Assembly: GCA_033442325.1 (NCBI GenBank) | Contig: JAWQFM010000004.1 | Coordinates: forward strand, 324,459-388,458 | Direction of reading: 5' to 3' | Length of the DNA stretch: 64,000 nt | Origin: Salpingoeca rosetta | Lineage: Eukaryota; Protista; Choanoflagellata | Shown: piece by piece, positions 23,600 through 35,724 of the stretch | How positions within the stretch are numbered: the first letter of the stretch is position 1 | How the letters are laid out: each line of letters starts with the position of its first letter | Notes under the pieces: generated by a model | What the model saw: the letters and a program-made list of their open reading frames with translations, nothing else | Told to the model about the DNA's origin: nothing | The model's database searches: none | Position numbers and translations under genes: made by a program

Positions 23600-24585
23600 A
23601 GCGGCGTCACCAGCGACAAACACTGTTGCACCACCAGTATCGCTCTCGGCATATGCAGCGCTTGCAGACAGAGAGTCCGGGGCGGAGAAGATTCACATGC
23701 TCGGCTGTCGGTAAGTAATACACGTACCAGTGTTGTGGTTGTGGAGTCCAGCGCATGCTCGATGACACGCGTCCTGTGTTCACTCACCCCTTTGTATTTG
23801 TGTGTGTGTGTGCGTGTGTGTGTGTGTGTGCGTGTGTGTGTGTGTGTGCGGGTGTGTATGTGTGCGTGCTTTTGTGTGTATGTGTGTGTGTGTGTGCACG
23901 CCTTAGACTGTGGCATCGAGGATTGGGCGGGCTTTTGAATCCAAGCGCGCTTCGGGGGCAGCAACGACGATGCTCGCAACCACTGACGGTTCGAAGTAGC
24001 AGACAGAAGGCTTTGCACTGCCCAGGTGTGTGTATGCACGTGTGTATGTGTATGCATGGGTGTGCGTGCATGTAGGTAGTTGTGTACATGAGTGCGTGTC
24101 TGTATGTATGTGTGTGGGAATCGCCGCGCATGTGTACGCATGCAGTTCGCCTTCTTTACTCTGTGACTCCCTCACTCCCTCACGTCCTCACGTCCTCTCC
24201 CGCGACGCACGCGCCTGCACTTGCATACAGCTACAGCGCATTCCATCCTGCGCCATACGACGGCACGGTGTACGTGGCAGACTCATCAACGCAGTCTTCC
24301 ACCGGGGAACAGACAGAGGTATCTGGGGCACCAGCTGTGCAAGCTGTACAACGTCGAGGCAGAGCACGCCGTGCACCTCAGGGATGTGCCACAGCGACAA
24401 GACAGCGTGTCGTGTGGCCTGTTTGCGCTGGCTTACGCCACACTGCTGGCTGCTGGCCTGCATCCACTCGACTTGAACAGCGTCAGCATGACGGCACACC
24501 AGCTGCGCACGTGGTACTTGCAGTGCGTGGCTGATCGGGAGGCCGATGTTGCGGAGCTGCTGCTCATGAAGTTGTTACAAGAGGC

Positions 24586-24590
<5 letters not shown>
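23600..24590 (+). pseudogene. Ulp1/C48-like cysteine peptidase fragment, frameshifted
   Basis: TVYVADS, then in another frame VPQRQDSVSCGLFALAYATLLAAG.HP..LRTWYLQC, the Q..D..CGLFA.A catalytic-Cys motif of C48-like peptidases. GT-rich introns nearby. Confidence 0.55.
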
Positions 24591-25213
<623 letters not shown>

Positions 25214-25839
25214 CTGCAGCAGCCACACTTGCAACAGCAGTTGCAGTTGCTGCCACAAGTGCACCATACCGTCGCTCAGCATGTGTCGCTGAACAATCAA
25301 TTTTTGCATCATCACAAGCAACTGCAGATACAGCAACAACACAACCACCAGCAGGTCCAGCAACAGCAGCACTCGGCATCGTGGCAGTTTGCACTGCACG
25401 ATGCCCAAGGTGCCAAGAACAGACGCAGTCGGAGACAACGTCGCCAACAGCACAGGCGCCAGCAGCGGAGAGCACATCAACGTCGTCCGCATGCCCTTGA
25501 ATGAGCAGTGTGGTCCCACCACTCCGGTCGCCGTGATGGAGACACACTCAGACGCACATACACACACGCACACACGCACACACGTATGCGCATAGACATT
25601 ACCGTTGCCTCGACGACACAACAAGCTGTCCTCCCACCCTCTCGTCCACCACATCGCAAGGACCCAACCTCTGACATGTTCCTGCAGTATTGCTCTGTGT
25701 TTGCACCAGCTTTAGTTCTGTGGGCCTATCGTTCTTACTTTTGTGTGCTTGTGTGTCTGTGCGTGTGCGTGTGTGTGTCTGTGTCTGCGCGTGTCACATG
25801 TGCGACCGCTACTGCAGCTGCTGGACTGTCGTTCTGTGT

Positions 25840-25950
25840 CTTGTACCGTTGAAGATGAAGGCATGCCAAGTTGACGAGCAACCTTTGCTTGCGTGTACCC
25901 TGCAAATACAACGCCAACAAGGGCGCGATGTGCGCTCGCGTGCGCGTATG
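25840..25950 (-). mobile_element. Possible Tc1/IS630-like transposase helix-turn-helix remnant
   Basis: LLALYLQG then (frameshift) YTQAKVARQLGMPSSSTV, resembling G.S...VA..LG...STV. No DDE domain or terminal inverted repeats seen. Confidence 0.3.
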
Positions 25951-26901
25951 CCTTTTCTTTCTTCTTTTTTTTTTTTTTTCTGTGTTTTGTTTGCGCCATT
26001 GCACGAGTAAACAGCGAGAGGCAACAGGGAAAAGGTGTTGACATCGTGCACAGAAGCTTGTCCGAGCGATCTGCAAAATCTTGGGTGCTCTGATCAAGCG
26101 AATAGGTGTCTCTGTAGTGCAACGCGAAAATACACAGTAATAATGTTCAACCAAAAATGCCATGTGTATTCCACTGAGTTTAACAAGGCATTATGACAAG
26201 AACATGAACACACAAAATCACGTTTTGGGCTTTCCTGTTGGTTCTAGCACACCAAACAACGTCATCTTCTTTGTGCTCATGAACGTGACAAGCACCGCTG
26301 CTATGACCAACACCATGGAGAAAGCCCAGAATGGGGTGTACGCTGCGCACCACGCTTCATATGGGGTGGCAGACACACCTTCAAAGATCAGCCTGTCACA
26401 CAGCATTGCCCCAGTCAAAATGAGTCAAACTGGCATCATTCGATAGCCCGCTCAACGGGCTATCGAATGCGTGCGTTTTCATACCGTGATCCTAAACACA
26501 ACGGCATATATGAGGATAGTAAGACCCATCACCATCATAAGCAGTCTTCCGGACACCTCAATGCAATCAAGATAAAGCTGACGAAACTCGAGCTTTTGCG
26601 CGTGGTCACGAACCGGCAATGCTCACTTCGCAACCGTAGTTTAGCAATGGTCACCCGTAATATTTTTTTTAAAACCCAACTGGCAGGAAGTTCACATTCA
26701 AAAGGGAAAGCAGACACAAAAGGCAATGGCTCGATGTAAAACCAGGTGAACCGGGGAAACTCACAGAAACGCCCCAAGAAGGAAACCGCTGTCCCGCTCC
26801 TCGACGCTCACGAACGGTAAGCTTGTTTGTGAATTAAATGAAACACATTCGCAGAGTGGTGTTGGCTGCTCATTTTGTGAGTTGGCGAACACAGCGGCAC
26901 G

Positions 26902-29900
26902 ATGTCCACACCACACACGATTGGGCGAATGAGTGCACCGCAACTTCAGTCATGGCTTGAGGACCACGCTCTCAACACCGCCGAAGCCGGCAAATTGACT
27001 GATGTGTCTGGAGAGCAGCTCGTGAGCGTTGCACGAAGGGGCGAGACAGCGTTGCAATCGTCGTTTCAAGTTTCTGCAGTGTACGCTCAGTCATTGCTGG
27101 AAGCACTTCACCTGGGAGATAGCATCCATGGCGAGGACGCGACTCGTCATGCCTACAGTGAAGGAGATTGCCAAGATACACGAGAATTTCAACTCAAACA
27201 AGAAGTCCTGCAACAGTTTGACATTGTTGATGTTCAGCTTCCGGCCCGGTGGCGCCGTTGGCTGTTCAGCACATCAACACGACACAAACCAGTGACGCTA
27301 CGAACGTCCCTGAAGGACACAGTGAAGAAGAACATCGTTCACATTGTGAAAGCCACCACAACGCCCAATCCGTACGTGTTTGCTTTGACAGCACTCGGGC
27401 TTTGTAAAGGCGGCTATGACCGGGTGCAGATTATGAAGAAAAACAAAGCGGCCGCGGAGGGCTTGGCCAAGCGAATCAAGCAAGTGGTCAAGTTTGGTGG
27501 CCCAATTCTTGTGTATTTTGAGAAGATTGAAGACGGGGAACGACTCATCGACGATGAAGCTGAAGAACTGCTGGAGGCTTCATTCTGTGCCTTTCGGCTC
27601 ATTGGCGACTACAACAAGGATAGCAAGGCGAAAGCAATCCTCCACTTTTTGGGCTGTCACCAATTCAAGAAGGCCATTCATGAAGCCAAGCAGCGGTTGC
27701 TGGAGGCTGTCAGTTTCACTGCCATGGGTGCGATCTCCACGATGGTGAAAGAGCAAAGGACACCCGGATGGCTGAGCACACTTAGCAGCGTAGAGGCAGA
27801 GGATGCCGTGCAGTTTTGGATCAAGCACAACTTCCAGGAATCTGTTTCTGTCAGGAAGCTAGTGGATGCTATTGTCCTTTGGGTTCATGACGCTGACATG
27901 GGAGACAGTCACGGCAATGATGATGGCTGGCCAAACTCCGCAAAAGCAGTACGTGATGAGCAAGCGGTGTTCAGCTTCTTCAGTCGTCAGGACACAATCG
28001 AAACAACAACAATTCAGCGTTTTGCTCTGTTTGTCAAGGATTCGCCATCGATTGCGCACGCCGCAACAGCTGTCGTCGAGCGAATGGAGGATGCTAAACT
28101 CCGCAAAGCCCTGCGCAATGTGTTGGCGCCCGTGGACTTTGGTCGTGACCTCATCAAGCACCAGCGCGCGTTTGTGGAGGGCACGCGGCAGTGGGTGTTT
28201 GACGCCTTTGAGGAGTGGGCGATGTGCGAGGACGATAGGGTGGCGAAGAAAGCGAAACAGACTCGCCCACACAGCGACAAAGATAAAGGGCAGCGGCGCG
28301 TGTTCTGGGTGAAGGGGACAGGTGGACTTGGAAAGTCCGTCATCGCGGCACAGCTTATCAAGCGGTACGGCCAGGCAAGCACCAGCAAGCAGCCACTCAT
28401 CGCCGCCCACTACTTCTGCAAGCACGACGCCACCAATCGCAACGACCCCCGCAAGGCGATCAACACCCTCGCCTTTCGGCTTGCGACGCAGCTGCCCGAG
28501 CTCAGGGAAGAGTACAAGGCTATTCTTCAAGGTGAAAACGAGGAGAGACGCAACAACTTTACGACACACGCGGATGGCAGTGAGGGCACCGTGGAAGATG
28601 CCTTCAACGTGGTACTCGCTGAGCCACTCAAGGCCGCGCTCGGCGAAGATTCAGGCGGCAAAGGCAGCGATGTCTTCATCCTGATTGACGCATTGGATGA
28701 GTTGCGTGCCGGCAACAGTCGCGCGCAGTTCCTGCGTCTGGTGGGCAAGCTGCTGCCATCACTGCCACCGTGTGTGCGAATTGTGGTGACGTCCCGCCCG
28801 GAGGAAGACATTCTGGCCTTGCTGAAGAACTTGAACCCATTCACCATCGACAAGCAGGATGAGCGGCAGCGCGAAGACCTGCAGTTGTGTGTGCGGAACA
28901 TCATCATCAAGCAGAGCAGCCTGGGCAAGCTGAACCAGGACGAGCAAGAGGAGGTGGTGCAGATGGTCGTTGACCGGGCGGATGGCGTGTTTCTGGCGGT
29001 GCGGCTGATTGCTTGTGAAGTGGACAAAGCAGAGGGCAACACAAGGCATCCGCTCACTGTGGCCGATATACGACGACTGGTGGGCAAGGGCGGCAGCTTC
29101 ATTGACGGCACGTACACGGAGACGCTCGACCGCATCCAGGCGCGAATCAAGGAGGCGGCGGGCGATGACGACGGTGTGCTGGCCGCGCTGCAAGGCACCC
29201 TGCATGACATGTTGGCGGTAATTGTGGCGTCGCTGCAGCCACTACGCGTGGACGATCTGCACGAGCTGTGCGGTGGTGGCCGGGTGCAGAGCAAGGCGCT
29301 GACGAAGCGGCTGCTGAGTGCGCTGTCGCTCCTCTTCTCCAGCAGCAGCAAGCATGACGTGGTTGAGCCCCTACACAAGACCGTCAACGACTTCCTCACT
29401 GACAAGCAGCGCGCTGGCCCTCACTTTGTGGACGAGCGTGAAGGCCACGCCATCCTTGCTCGCGCTTGCCTGCGCGTGTTGGAAGACAGAGGCCTGTTGT
29501 CACACGGCGACAAAGCAGCATCCTCAGCCGAGTTGGTGGAGGAGAAGGGTGCAGAGGAATCGGTGGTGGTGTATGCCATTGCATTTGGCCATCAACATCT
29601 TACGACGTGTGCAGAGGCAATGCAGGCGCAGGCGACATTTGAGATTGAAGGTTTGCAGCGTGCCTGTGAGGCGGCCCTTTGTTCATGGCAGGGAGCGTGG
29701 CTGCAGCCGCGCGGTAAAGCAGAGCTGACAAAGCAGGAGCTGGCGCTGGTGAAGGACGGGGCACTGCAGCAATCACAGCACGAGGCGACGAAGGCATTTG
29801 CACAGTGGCTGCTGCTGCAGACGTACACGCTTGGGCGCACGAAGCCGCTGGTGGCTGAACTTGCGGCTTTGGTGGCAGCAACAGATGAGATCAAAGACAG

Positions 29901-31887
29901 AGAGGCCCTCCACGCAATGCTCGACGACGTCAGGCGCATGTACGGCACACATTGGGCGTCGGAGGAAGACATTCGCACAGGAATTGCCCAATCATGTGCG
30001 AACCTGCCGCTGAGGAGCAGCTTGGCTGCTTCGCCTGCAATAGCCTTGCTGTGGACGGTTTCGTCACAACCACAACCACTGATGACCATCCCGCCGATAC
30101 TGACGCAAGACCCGTGCCTGATGCAACTAAAGGGGCACACAGGCTATGTCACATCTGTTTCGTTCAGCGCTGATGGCAAGCGCCTCGTGTCTGGCAGCTG
30201 GGACAAGACGGTGCGCGTTTGGGATGCCTCCACGGGCCAGGAGCTTGCTCGGTGCATCGGGCACACAGATTGGGTCACCTCAGTGGTGTTTACACCTGAT
30301 AACAAACACATCATGTCTGTCAGCGATGACAAGACAGTGCGCACTTGGGACAGTGATACAACCGATGAGTTGATATTGCGTCGCATGCAAACAGAAGAGT
30401 TGGGCCAAAGAGCAGCGGTGAGCGCTAATGGCAAGTATGTGAGAACCGGAATTTGGGCGGAGCGATTTCGGGCTGGCAACCACAATACACCAAACTCCAG
30501 TGCCACCTCAGCTTCAGTCAGCCCGGACGGTCAACGAATCGTGTCTGGGTGCGCTGACAACACGGTGCGTGTCTGGGATGCTCACACAGGACACAAGCTC
30601 GCTCAGTGGAACGGCCACACGGCTAGCATTAGCTCAGTAGCATTCAGTGATGATGGGAAACTCATCGCGTCTGGGAGCCAGGACATGACGGTTCGGATCT
30701 GGGACGCTGGCACGGGTAACTTGTTAGCTCAATGCGATGGTCACTTGGGTGATGTCAACTCCGTGACCTTCAGTGCGGATGGGACGCGGATCGCGTCTGG
30801 GAGTGACGACAAGACAGTGCGCATTTGGAACGCTAAAACTGGACAGGAGATGGCAACGTACATTGGGCACGCAGACAACGTCACCTCAGTGACGTTCAGC
30901 CCCGATGGCAAGCGTATCGTGTCTGGGAGCATCGACAGCACCGTGCGCATCTGGGACGCTGGGGTGCGCCAGACACTGGCACAGTGTCACGGGCACACGA
31001 ATGATGTCTACTCCGTGGCGTTTAGCCCCGATGACAAGCGCATCGTGTCTGGGAGCCATGACAAGACCGTGCGTGTCTGGGATGCTGAAACAGGTCAGGA
31101 ACTAGCACAGTGCAATGGACACACTAACAGCGTCACCTCAGTTTCGTTCAGCCCCACTGGCACGCGTATCGTGTCTGGGAGCAAGGACAAGACAGTACGC
31201 ATCTGGAACACGGACACGGGCGAGGAGCTGGCTCGGTACAGCGGGCACACAGGGAAAGTCAGGTCGGTGGCGTTAAGTCGTGATGGCAAGCTGATCGTGT
31301 CTGGGAGCGGCACCCCTTCGGCGCTCTTTACGAGGGGTGAAGACTATTCTGTGCGCATCTGGGACGTGACTACGGGGCAGCAGCTCACCAAGTGCGACGG
31401 CCACACGGATGTTGTCACCTCGGTTGCTTTCGGTCCAGATGGACAACACATTGTGTCCGGTAGTCGCGACAACACTGTGTGCATCTGGGACGTGACTACG
31501 GGGCAGCAGCTCACCAAGTGCGACGGCCACACGGATGTTGTCACCTCGGTTGCTTTCGGTCCTGATGGACGACGCATTGTGTCCGGTAGTCGCGACAACA
31601 CTGTGTGCATCTGGGACGTGACTACGGGGCAGCAGCTCACCAAGTGCGACGGCCACACGGATGTTGTCACCTCGGTTGCTTTCGGTCCTGATGGACGACG
31701 CATTGTGTCTGGTAGCCACGACAAGACTGTGCGAGTCTGGGACTCAAGTACCGGGGAAGATCTGTGTGTGTACAGAGGTCATACAAGCACGGTCAGGTCA
31801 GCAGTGTTCTCCACTCTTGGTACTTTCATCGTGTCCGGAGGTTATGACAACACCGTGCGCATCTGGAACACTGAGAGAATGCCGTGA
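26902..31887 (+). CDS. Intronless NLR-like STAND protein: SAM-like, MLKL/MCAfunc-like four-helix bundle, Cbl-type EF-hand-like, NACHT, ~13-14 WD40 (HET-E-like)
   Basis: 1661-aa ORF. FVEGTRQW, VFWVKGTGGLGKS (Walker A), AAHYFC, VFILIDALDE (Walker B), IVVTSRPE, LHKTVNDFLTD; WD40 GH..VTSV.FS.DG.RIVSGS.DKTVRIWD from ~30120. NACHT-WD40 is secure; the N-terminal domain calls are by-eye inference. Confidence 0.9.
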   Translation: MSTPHTIGRMSAPQLQSWLEDHALNTAEAGKLTDVSGEQLVSVARRGETALQSSFQVSAVYAQSLLEALHLGDSIHGEDATRHAYSEGDCQDTREFQLKQEVLQQFDIVDVQLPARWRRWLFSTSTRHKPVTLRTSLKDTVKKNIVHIVKATTTPNPYVFALTALGLCKGGYDRVQIMKKNKAAAEGLAKRIKQVVKFGGPILVYFEKIEDGERLIDDEAEELLEASFCAFRLIGDYNKDSKAKAILHFLGCHQFKKAIHEAKQRLLEAVSFTAMGAISTMVKEQRTPGWLSTLSSVEAEDAVQFWIKHNFQESVSVRKLVDAIVLWVHDADMGDSHGNDDGWPNSAKAVRDEQAVFSFFSRQDTIETTTIQRFALFVKDSPSIAHAATAVVERMEDAKLRKALRNVLAPVDFGRDLIKHQRAFVEGTRQWVFDAFEEWAMCEDDRVAKKAKQTRPHSDKDKGQRRVFWVKGTGGLGKSVIAAQLIKRYGQASTSKQPLIAAHYFCKHDATNRNDPRKAINTLAFRLATQLPELREEYKAILQGENEERRNNFTTHADGSEGTVEDAFNVVLAEPLKAALGEDSGGKGSDVFILIDALDELRAGNSRAQFLRLVGKLLPSLPPCVRIVVTSRPEEDILALLKNLNPFTIDKQDERQREDLQLCVRNIIIKQSSLGKLNQDEQEEVVQMVVDRADGVFLAVRLIACEVDKAEGNTRHPLTVADIRRLVGKGGSFIDGTYTETLDRIQARIKEAAGDDDGVLAALQGTLHDMLAVIVASLQPLRVDDLHELCGGGRVQSKALTKRLLSALSLLFSSSSKHDVVEPLHKTVNDFLTDKQRAGPHFVDEREGHAILARACLRVLEDRGLLSHGDKAASSAELVEEKGAEESVVVYAIAFGHQHLTTCAEAMQAQATFEIEGLQRACEAALCSWQGAWLQPRGKAELTKQELALVKDGALQQSQHEATKAFAQWLLLQTYTLGRTKPLVAELAALVAATDEIKDREALHAMLDDVRRMYGTHWASEEDIRTGIAQSCANLPLRSSLAASPAIALLWTVSSQPQPLMTIPPILTQDPCLMQLKGHTGYVTSVSFSADGKRLVSGSWDKTVRVWDASTGQELARCIGHTDWVTSVVFTPDNKHIMSVSDDKTVRTWDSDTTDELILRRMQTEELGQRAAVSANGKYVRTGIWAERFRAGNHNTPNSSATSASVSPDGQRIVSGCADNTVRVWDAHTGHKLAQWNGHTASISSVAFSDDGKLIASGSQDMTVRIWDAGTGNLLAQCDGHLGDVNSVTFSADGTRIASGSDDKTVRIWNAKTGQEMATYIGHADNVTSVTFSPDGKRIVSGSIDSTVRIWDAGVRQTLAQCHGHTNDVYSVAFSPDDKRIVSGSHDKTVRVWDAETGQELAQCNGHTNSVTSVSFSPTGTRIVSGSKDKTVRIWNTDTGEELARYSGHTGKVRSVALSRDGKLIVSGSGTPSALFTRGEDYSVRIWDVTTGQQLTKCDGHTDVVTSVAFGPDGQHIVSGSRDNTVCIWDVTTGQQLTKCDGHTDVVTSVAFGPDGRRIVSGSRDNTVCIWDVTTGQQLTKCDGHTDVVTSVAFGPDGRRIVSGSHDKTVRVWDSSTGEDLCVYRGHTSTVRSAVFSTLGTFIVSGGYDNTVRIWNTERMP
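31355..31732 (+). repeat. Three near-identical 126-bp WD40-coding tandem repeats
   Basis: Units begin at 31355, 31481 and 31607 (gcatctgggacgtgactacggggcagcagctcacc...) and differ at only a few bases. Confidence 0.95.
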
Positions 31888-32169
31888 AGTGATGTTGTGT
31901 CATTTCTGCAAAATGCATGTGCTGGACGTTCTCTGTGCTCCTTGTGAAGCTGAGTGAACTTCCGTCGCGTTTGTGTTTTCATTGTCACAGATTGTTGACT
32001 TTGCATGCGTGAAGAGGAAGCGGGGTTCAGGTTACAATGTGACCATCCACGATGCTGTGTGTGACACCCTCCTCCCTCGTTACAAGCTTCTGTCTCATTG
32101 TGCCAACTTCAGTATGAAAGTTCAATCAGACTGCAGCGCAGGTGGTTGTTGTGTGTCTTGTTTCGATGT

Positions 32170-32600
32170 GATGTGATGTGACAATCGCCTAACAAAGTTC
32201 TTCAAGTGACTGCCTTTCCTGCTGTCCAGCTTGGTCATGAACACTGGCGGCATGATGGTGCGGAATGTTCGATCAGGCGAACAAGGAAGCGAGGACCTTG
32301 GGTGCAAGCGATTGGTCGCATGAAGTGAAACCTCCCTGTCTCACTCCCAAGATGACACGAGTGTGAGCTTTCACGAGGGCGCAATGTTTGATCATCACAT
32401 GCAGTATCCAGGCAAGCACGCTGCACTTGCAGATACCACGCAACAAGAACAGCGAGGTTGCATTGCACTCAGTCGAAGAGTACAATTTGAAGACTTTCGC
32501 GTGCTTCATTGTAAGATTGTAAAGTCGCGGCAGTTGGAGATCATGCGGCAAAGAATACGTGGCCATCCGTCCCCCGCGCACAAACAGGTGCATGTCCTCG
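32170..32600 (-). mobile_element. Possible degraded Penelope-like reverse transcriptase fragment
   Basis: LPRLYNLTMKHAKVFK..SSTECNATSLFLL, then GVRQ and MTKLD..LK, in the order of the PLE RT motifs LP.LY..PK.HK..S..C...LS.LL, GVNQ, LYT.I. Heavily frameshifted. Confidence 0.3.
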
Positions 32601-33858
32601 TGGAGCAGCTGCAACGTATGCGGGGATGCCGGCAATGCAACGTCCGCAAACGCCCGCATCGCCTCTGCGCGGTGAAGAGGGGGGGGGGAAGCGATAGTGC
32701 ACTGTGCTGCCGTCTGTCGCCGCCACCAACGCAGGCTCCTCTTGCCTGGCAACAGACAGCGCGTCAATCGTTCAGTTTCAGCTTCGGATGGCCACGTTGC
32801 AGTTGCTGCTCTCCTCCCGCAGCGTCAGCACCAAGGTGCGTGTTGGCGAACAGACACCACATGCTGCTCTGTTCCAGCGTTTGCGTGCAGCATAGATCGT
32901 CACGCATGCACGCATGCACGCATCGAACACGATGTGTATGAGCGCGAGAGAGCTGCTGAGTTGAGTTGGCTGTGGATGGTGGTGTCATTACAAAAGCACT
33001 CGCGCTGCAAGAGAGTACTGAGAGTAATGGTCGCAGGAAGGTGCACGCACAGTGAACGTGAGATGGCTGCACTGCACAGTACAGTTGCGTGCACACATGT
33101 CTGAAAGAAAGCATGGCGACAAGAGAAAGGGTAACCAAACATGCTGCATGTCGATCTCACAAGACATGGTGGTTGCATCCACTGCCAAGCCAGTGCAGCG
33201 CGAAGAAAGGTTGCCATCCATGATGATGACGATGAAGGAAAGGGAAGTGAGCTGTGGCCATGTGCACGGAGTGCAGAAAAGAGGTGTCGTGACACTGCGC
33301 AAGTTGCCTTCACGGTTGTTGCTGCTATTCTGCTGTCAGCATGCGTCCTTGTTTGTACCACTGCCAGTGGTTATCGTCGTTCGGAAGGAAACGATGAGGT
33401 GGAAGAAGGTAGCAGCTGCAGCACACATTCGGAAGCACGCCGTCGTTGGCTGTCTGTGCGGGTGATGGCGGCCATGATGATGGGAGTAGCAGGAACTGAC
33501 GCGGTGTGCAGTGTGGAAGCGACAGTGCTGTCTGTCCAAACCAAGCCAACGTGCGCGACAGCACAAAGCACACCAAACAAACCCCACTTCATGTTTTCTA
33601 TTCTGCAGTCTGGCCAACTTGCGTGTGTTGCCAAAAGTGCCAGGGGTTTCCTTCTCTTGCAAAGCAAATCATCGCAGGGCAATTAAATTATTGCAAGTGA
33701 GGAAGGAGAGTGTTTGCGCAGAAGGAAACACAGCCAGCTCAAACTGGGAATCCTTTCCTTCCCTGGTGTATTGTTTTGTTTTTCTCTTGTGTGTTGTTGT
33801 GCTTTTTCTTTCTTCCACCTTCCTTGCTTCCATTCCCTGTCCTTCCTTTGGTGTCAAC

Positions 33859-34030
33859 ATGCGACCTCCTCCTTCTCCTCTCCCAGCTGCTGCTGCTGCT
33901 GCTGCTGTTGCTGTTCGCCCTCATCATCGCTGGGCGCTGTGCTTGCAGTTGCCACTGTTGTTCTTGTTGTTCTTGGCAGGCTTGTCGGTGGCTCGTGTCC
34001 ACGGCAGCGGCTGCTTGAAGGATGCTGTGA

Positions 34031-34097
<67 letters not shown>

Positions 34098-34587
34098 TGT
34101 GTGTGGGTGTGTGGGTGTGTGTGTGCTTTTTATGTTCTCGATTGGGTCCGGTTGTGGTGTTCTTGTTGTCCTTGTGTTTTGCTTCTTTGCCACAACGTGC
34201 CTTCTGCTCTGTTCATGGTTGCACTTGCAGCTGCCACTGACCCACACCTCCACACCACCACATCTCCACACCTCTCCACGTCCGTTTCACAACACCAAGG
34301 ACCGCACGCTGTCCCCCTCCGTGGACACAACATTGAAGCAACTGGACACCACGCTCAAAGAGCATCGCGTGCCGTTTACCACTGGACAGTTGCGTCCACG
34401 GAAGCACTCCTTTCATCATGATTGATCTGCCATCGATCCNNNNNNNNNNNNNNNNNNNNNNNNNNNNNNNNNNNNNNNNNNNNNNNNNNNNNNNNNNNNN
34501 NNNNNNNNNNNNNNNNNNNNNNNNNNNNNNNNNNNNNNNCAGACTCGAACAGATGCATACGTGTGTGTGTGTGTGTGTGTGTGAGTG

Positions 34588-34627
<40 letters not shown>

Positions 34628-35406
34628 GGCACGTGTTTGTTGCTAGGTTGCTCACCCCTTCATCTCCACCCACCCATCCACCATCCACTTTACAGGGGCT
34701 GCAAGAGCGGCAACGTGCTGGTGTCATCATCGCTTCGCGCCAAGATTACGGATTTCGGGTCCATCCGCCAGTGCTTCACACGTGACAGAAACCAGCACCA
34801 GCAGCGCACAAGTCTCTCCCCCACCTCAAGCCATGATCCCCAGTACAGCCAGCAGGCTGGATTGCAGACGATGACGAGCATGACGCTGACGGCTGGCGTG
34901 GGGACGCCACTGTACATGGCACCAGAGGCACTGACGGGCGACAAGTACAGCTTTGAGGCAGACGTGTTTAGCTTTGGCGTGCTGATGTGGGAGGTGGCGA
35001 CGCAGCGACCACCTGATCTGATTGAGCAGGAGAAGGGGAGCGGGTATCGGGGACCAATCCTCGCCACCATCAGCAACCTGATGAAGGATGGGAAGCGGCT
35101 GCGATTTGATGATGGTGAAGAAGATGGTGAGTTTTGTGTGTGTGTGTGTGTGTCTGTGTGTGTGTGTGCATGTGTGTGTGTATGTGCATGTGTGTGTATG
35201 TGTGTGTGTGTGCAGGTGTGTGTGTGTGTGTTTGCGTGTTTGGATTGCTTGCTTGCACGTCACTCACGCTCACGCACACATGTACACACATACCCCTCCG
35301 CACAGCCATCCCCGAGTGGTTCCAGTCGCTGACGTACAAGTGCATGACGCAGAACCCGCGTGAGCGCCCGTCGTTTGGAGAACTCAAGGACCACCACTTT
35401 GCTTGA
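33859..35406 (+). CDS. Second LRR receptor TKL kinase paralog; middle lost in gap; catalytic Asp appears replaced
   Basis: Signal exon 33859-34026; exon from 34300 (LSPSVDTTLKQL..LKEHRVPF) homologous to LCSEVHGTLESM..LRTHGVAF of the 48892 gene. Kinase exons 34696-35126 and 35306-35406 are near-identical to the 48892 gene with the same intron positions. Catalytic loop reads RGCKSGN. Confidence 0.65.
34440..34539. other. Assembly gap (likely hides several kb of the kinase gene)
   Basis: 100 N placeholder between the 5' and 3' parts of one gene. Confidence 0.9.
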
Positions 35407-35724
35407 TTGTGTGTGTGCACTTACTTGCTCTTCTTACGTACGAAGTTGTGAACGTGTCTTCAGCATGCATGTATTGTGGGGTTTGGAACGACGCAAAGTG
35501 CAAGCAATAAACCAACACCAACGCAAAGACAAACCAACACAACACCATCAACTGCACGGCATGTCACATTTCATTCTATGATGGTCGGCAACGTCGTTCT
35601 GCACGTGCTGTGCTGCACCTCCTTCTTCAGCGCATGCAGCACACCCTGCCACTGCGCGCTGCAGCCACCACTTTGAAAAAGCGTCGCACATCCATACATC
35701 GATTCCTCCTTCTCCGCATGCGTC

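Noticed and set aside
26040-26450. AT-richer segment with hydrophobic minus-strand fragments
   Set aside because: Interrupted by stops; no recognisable family.
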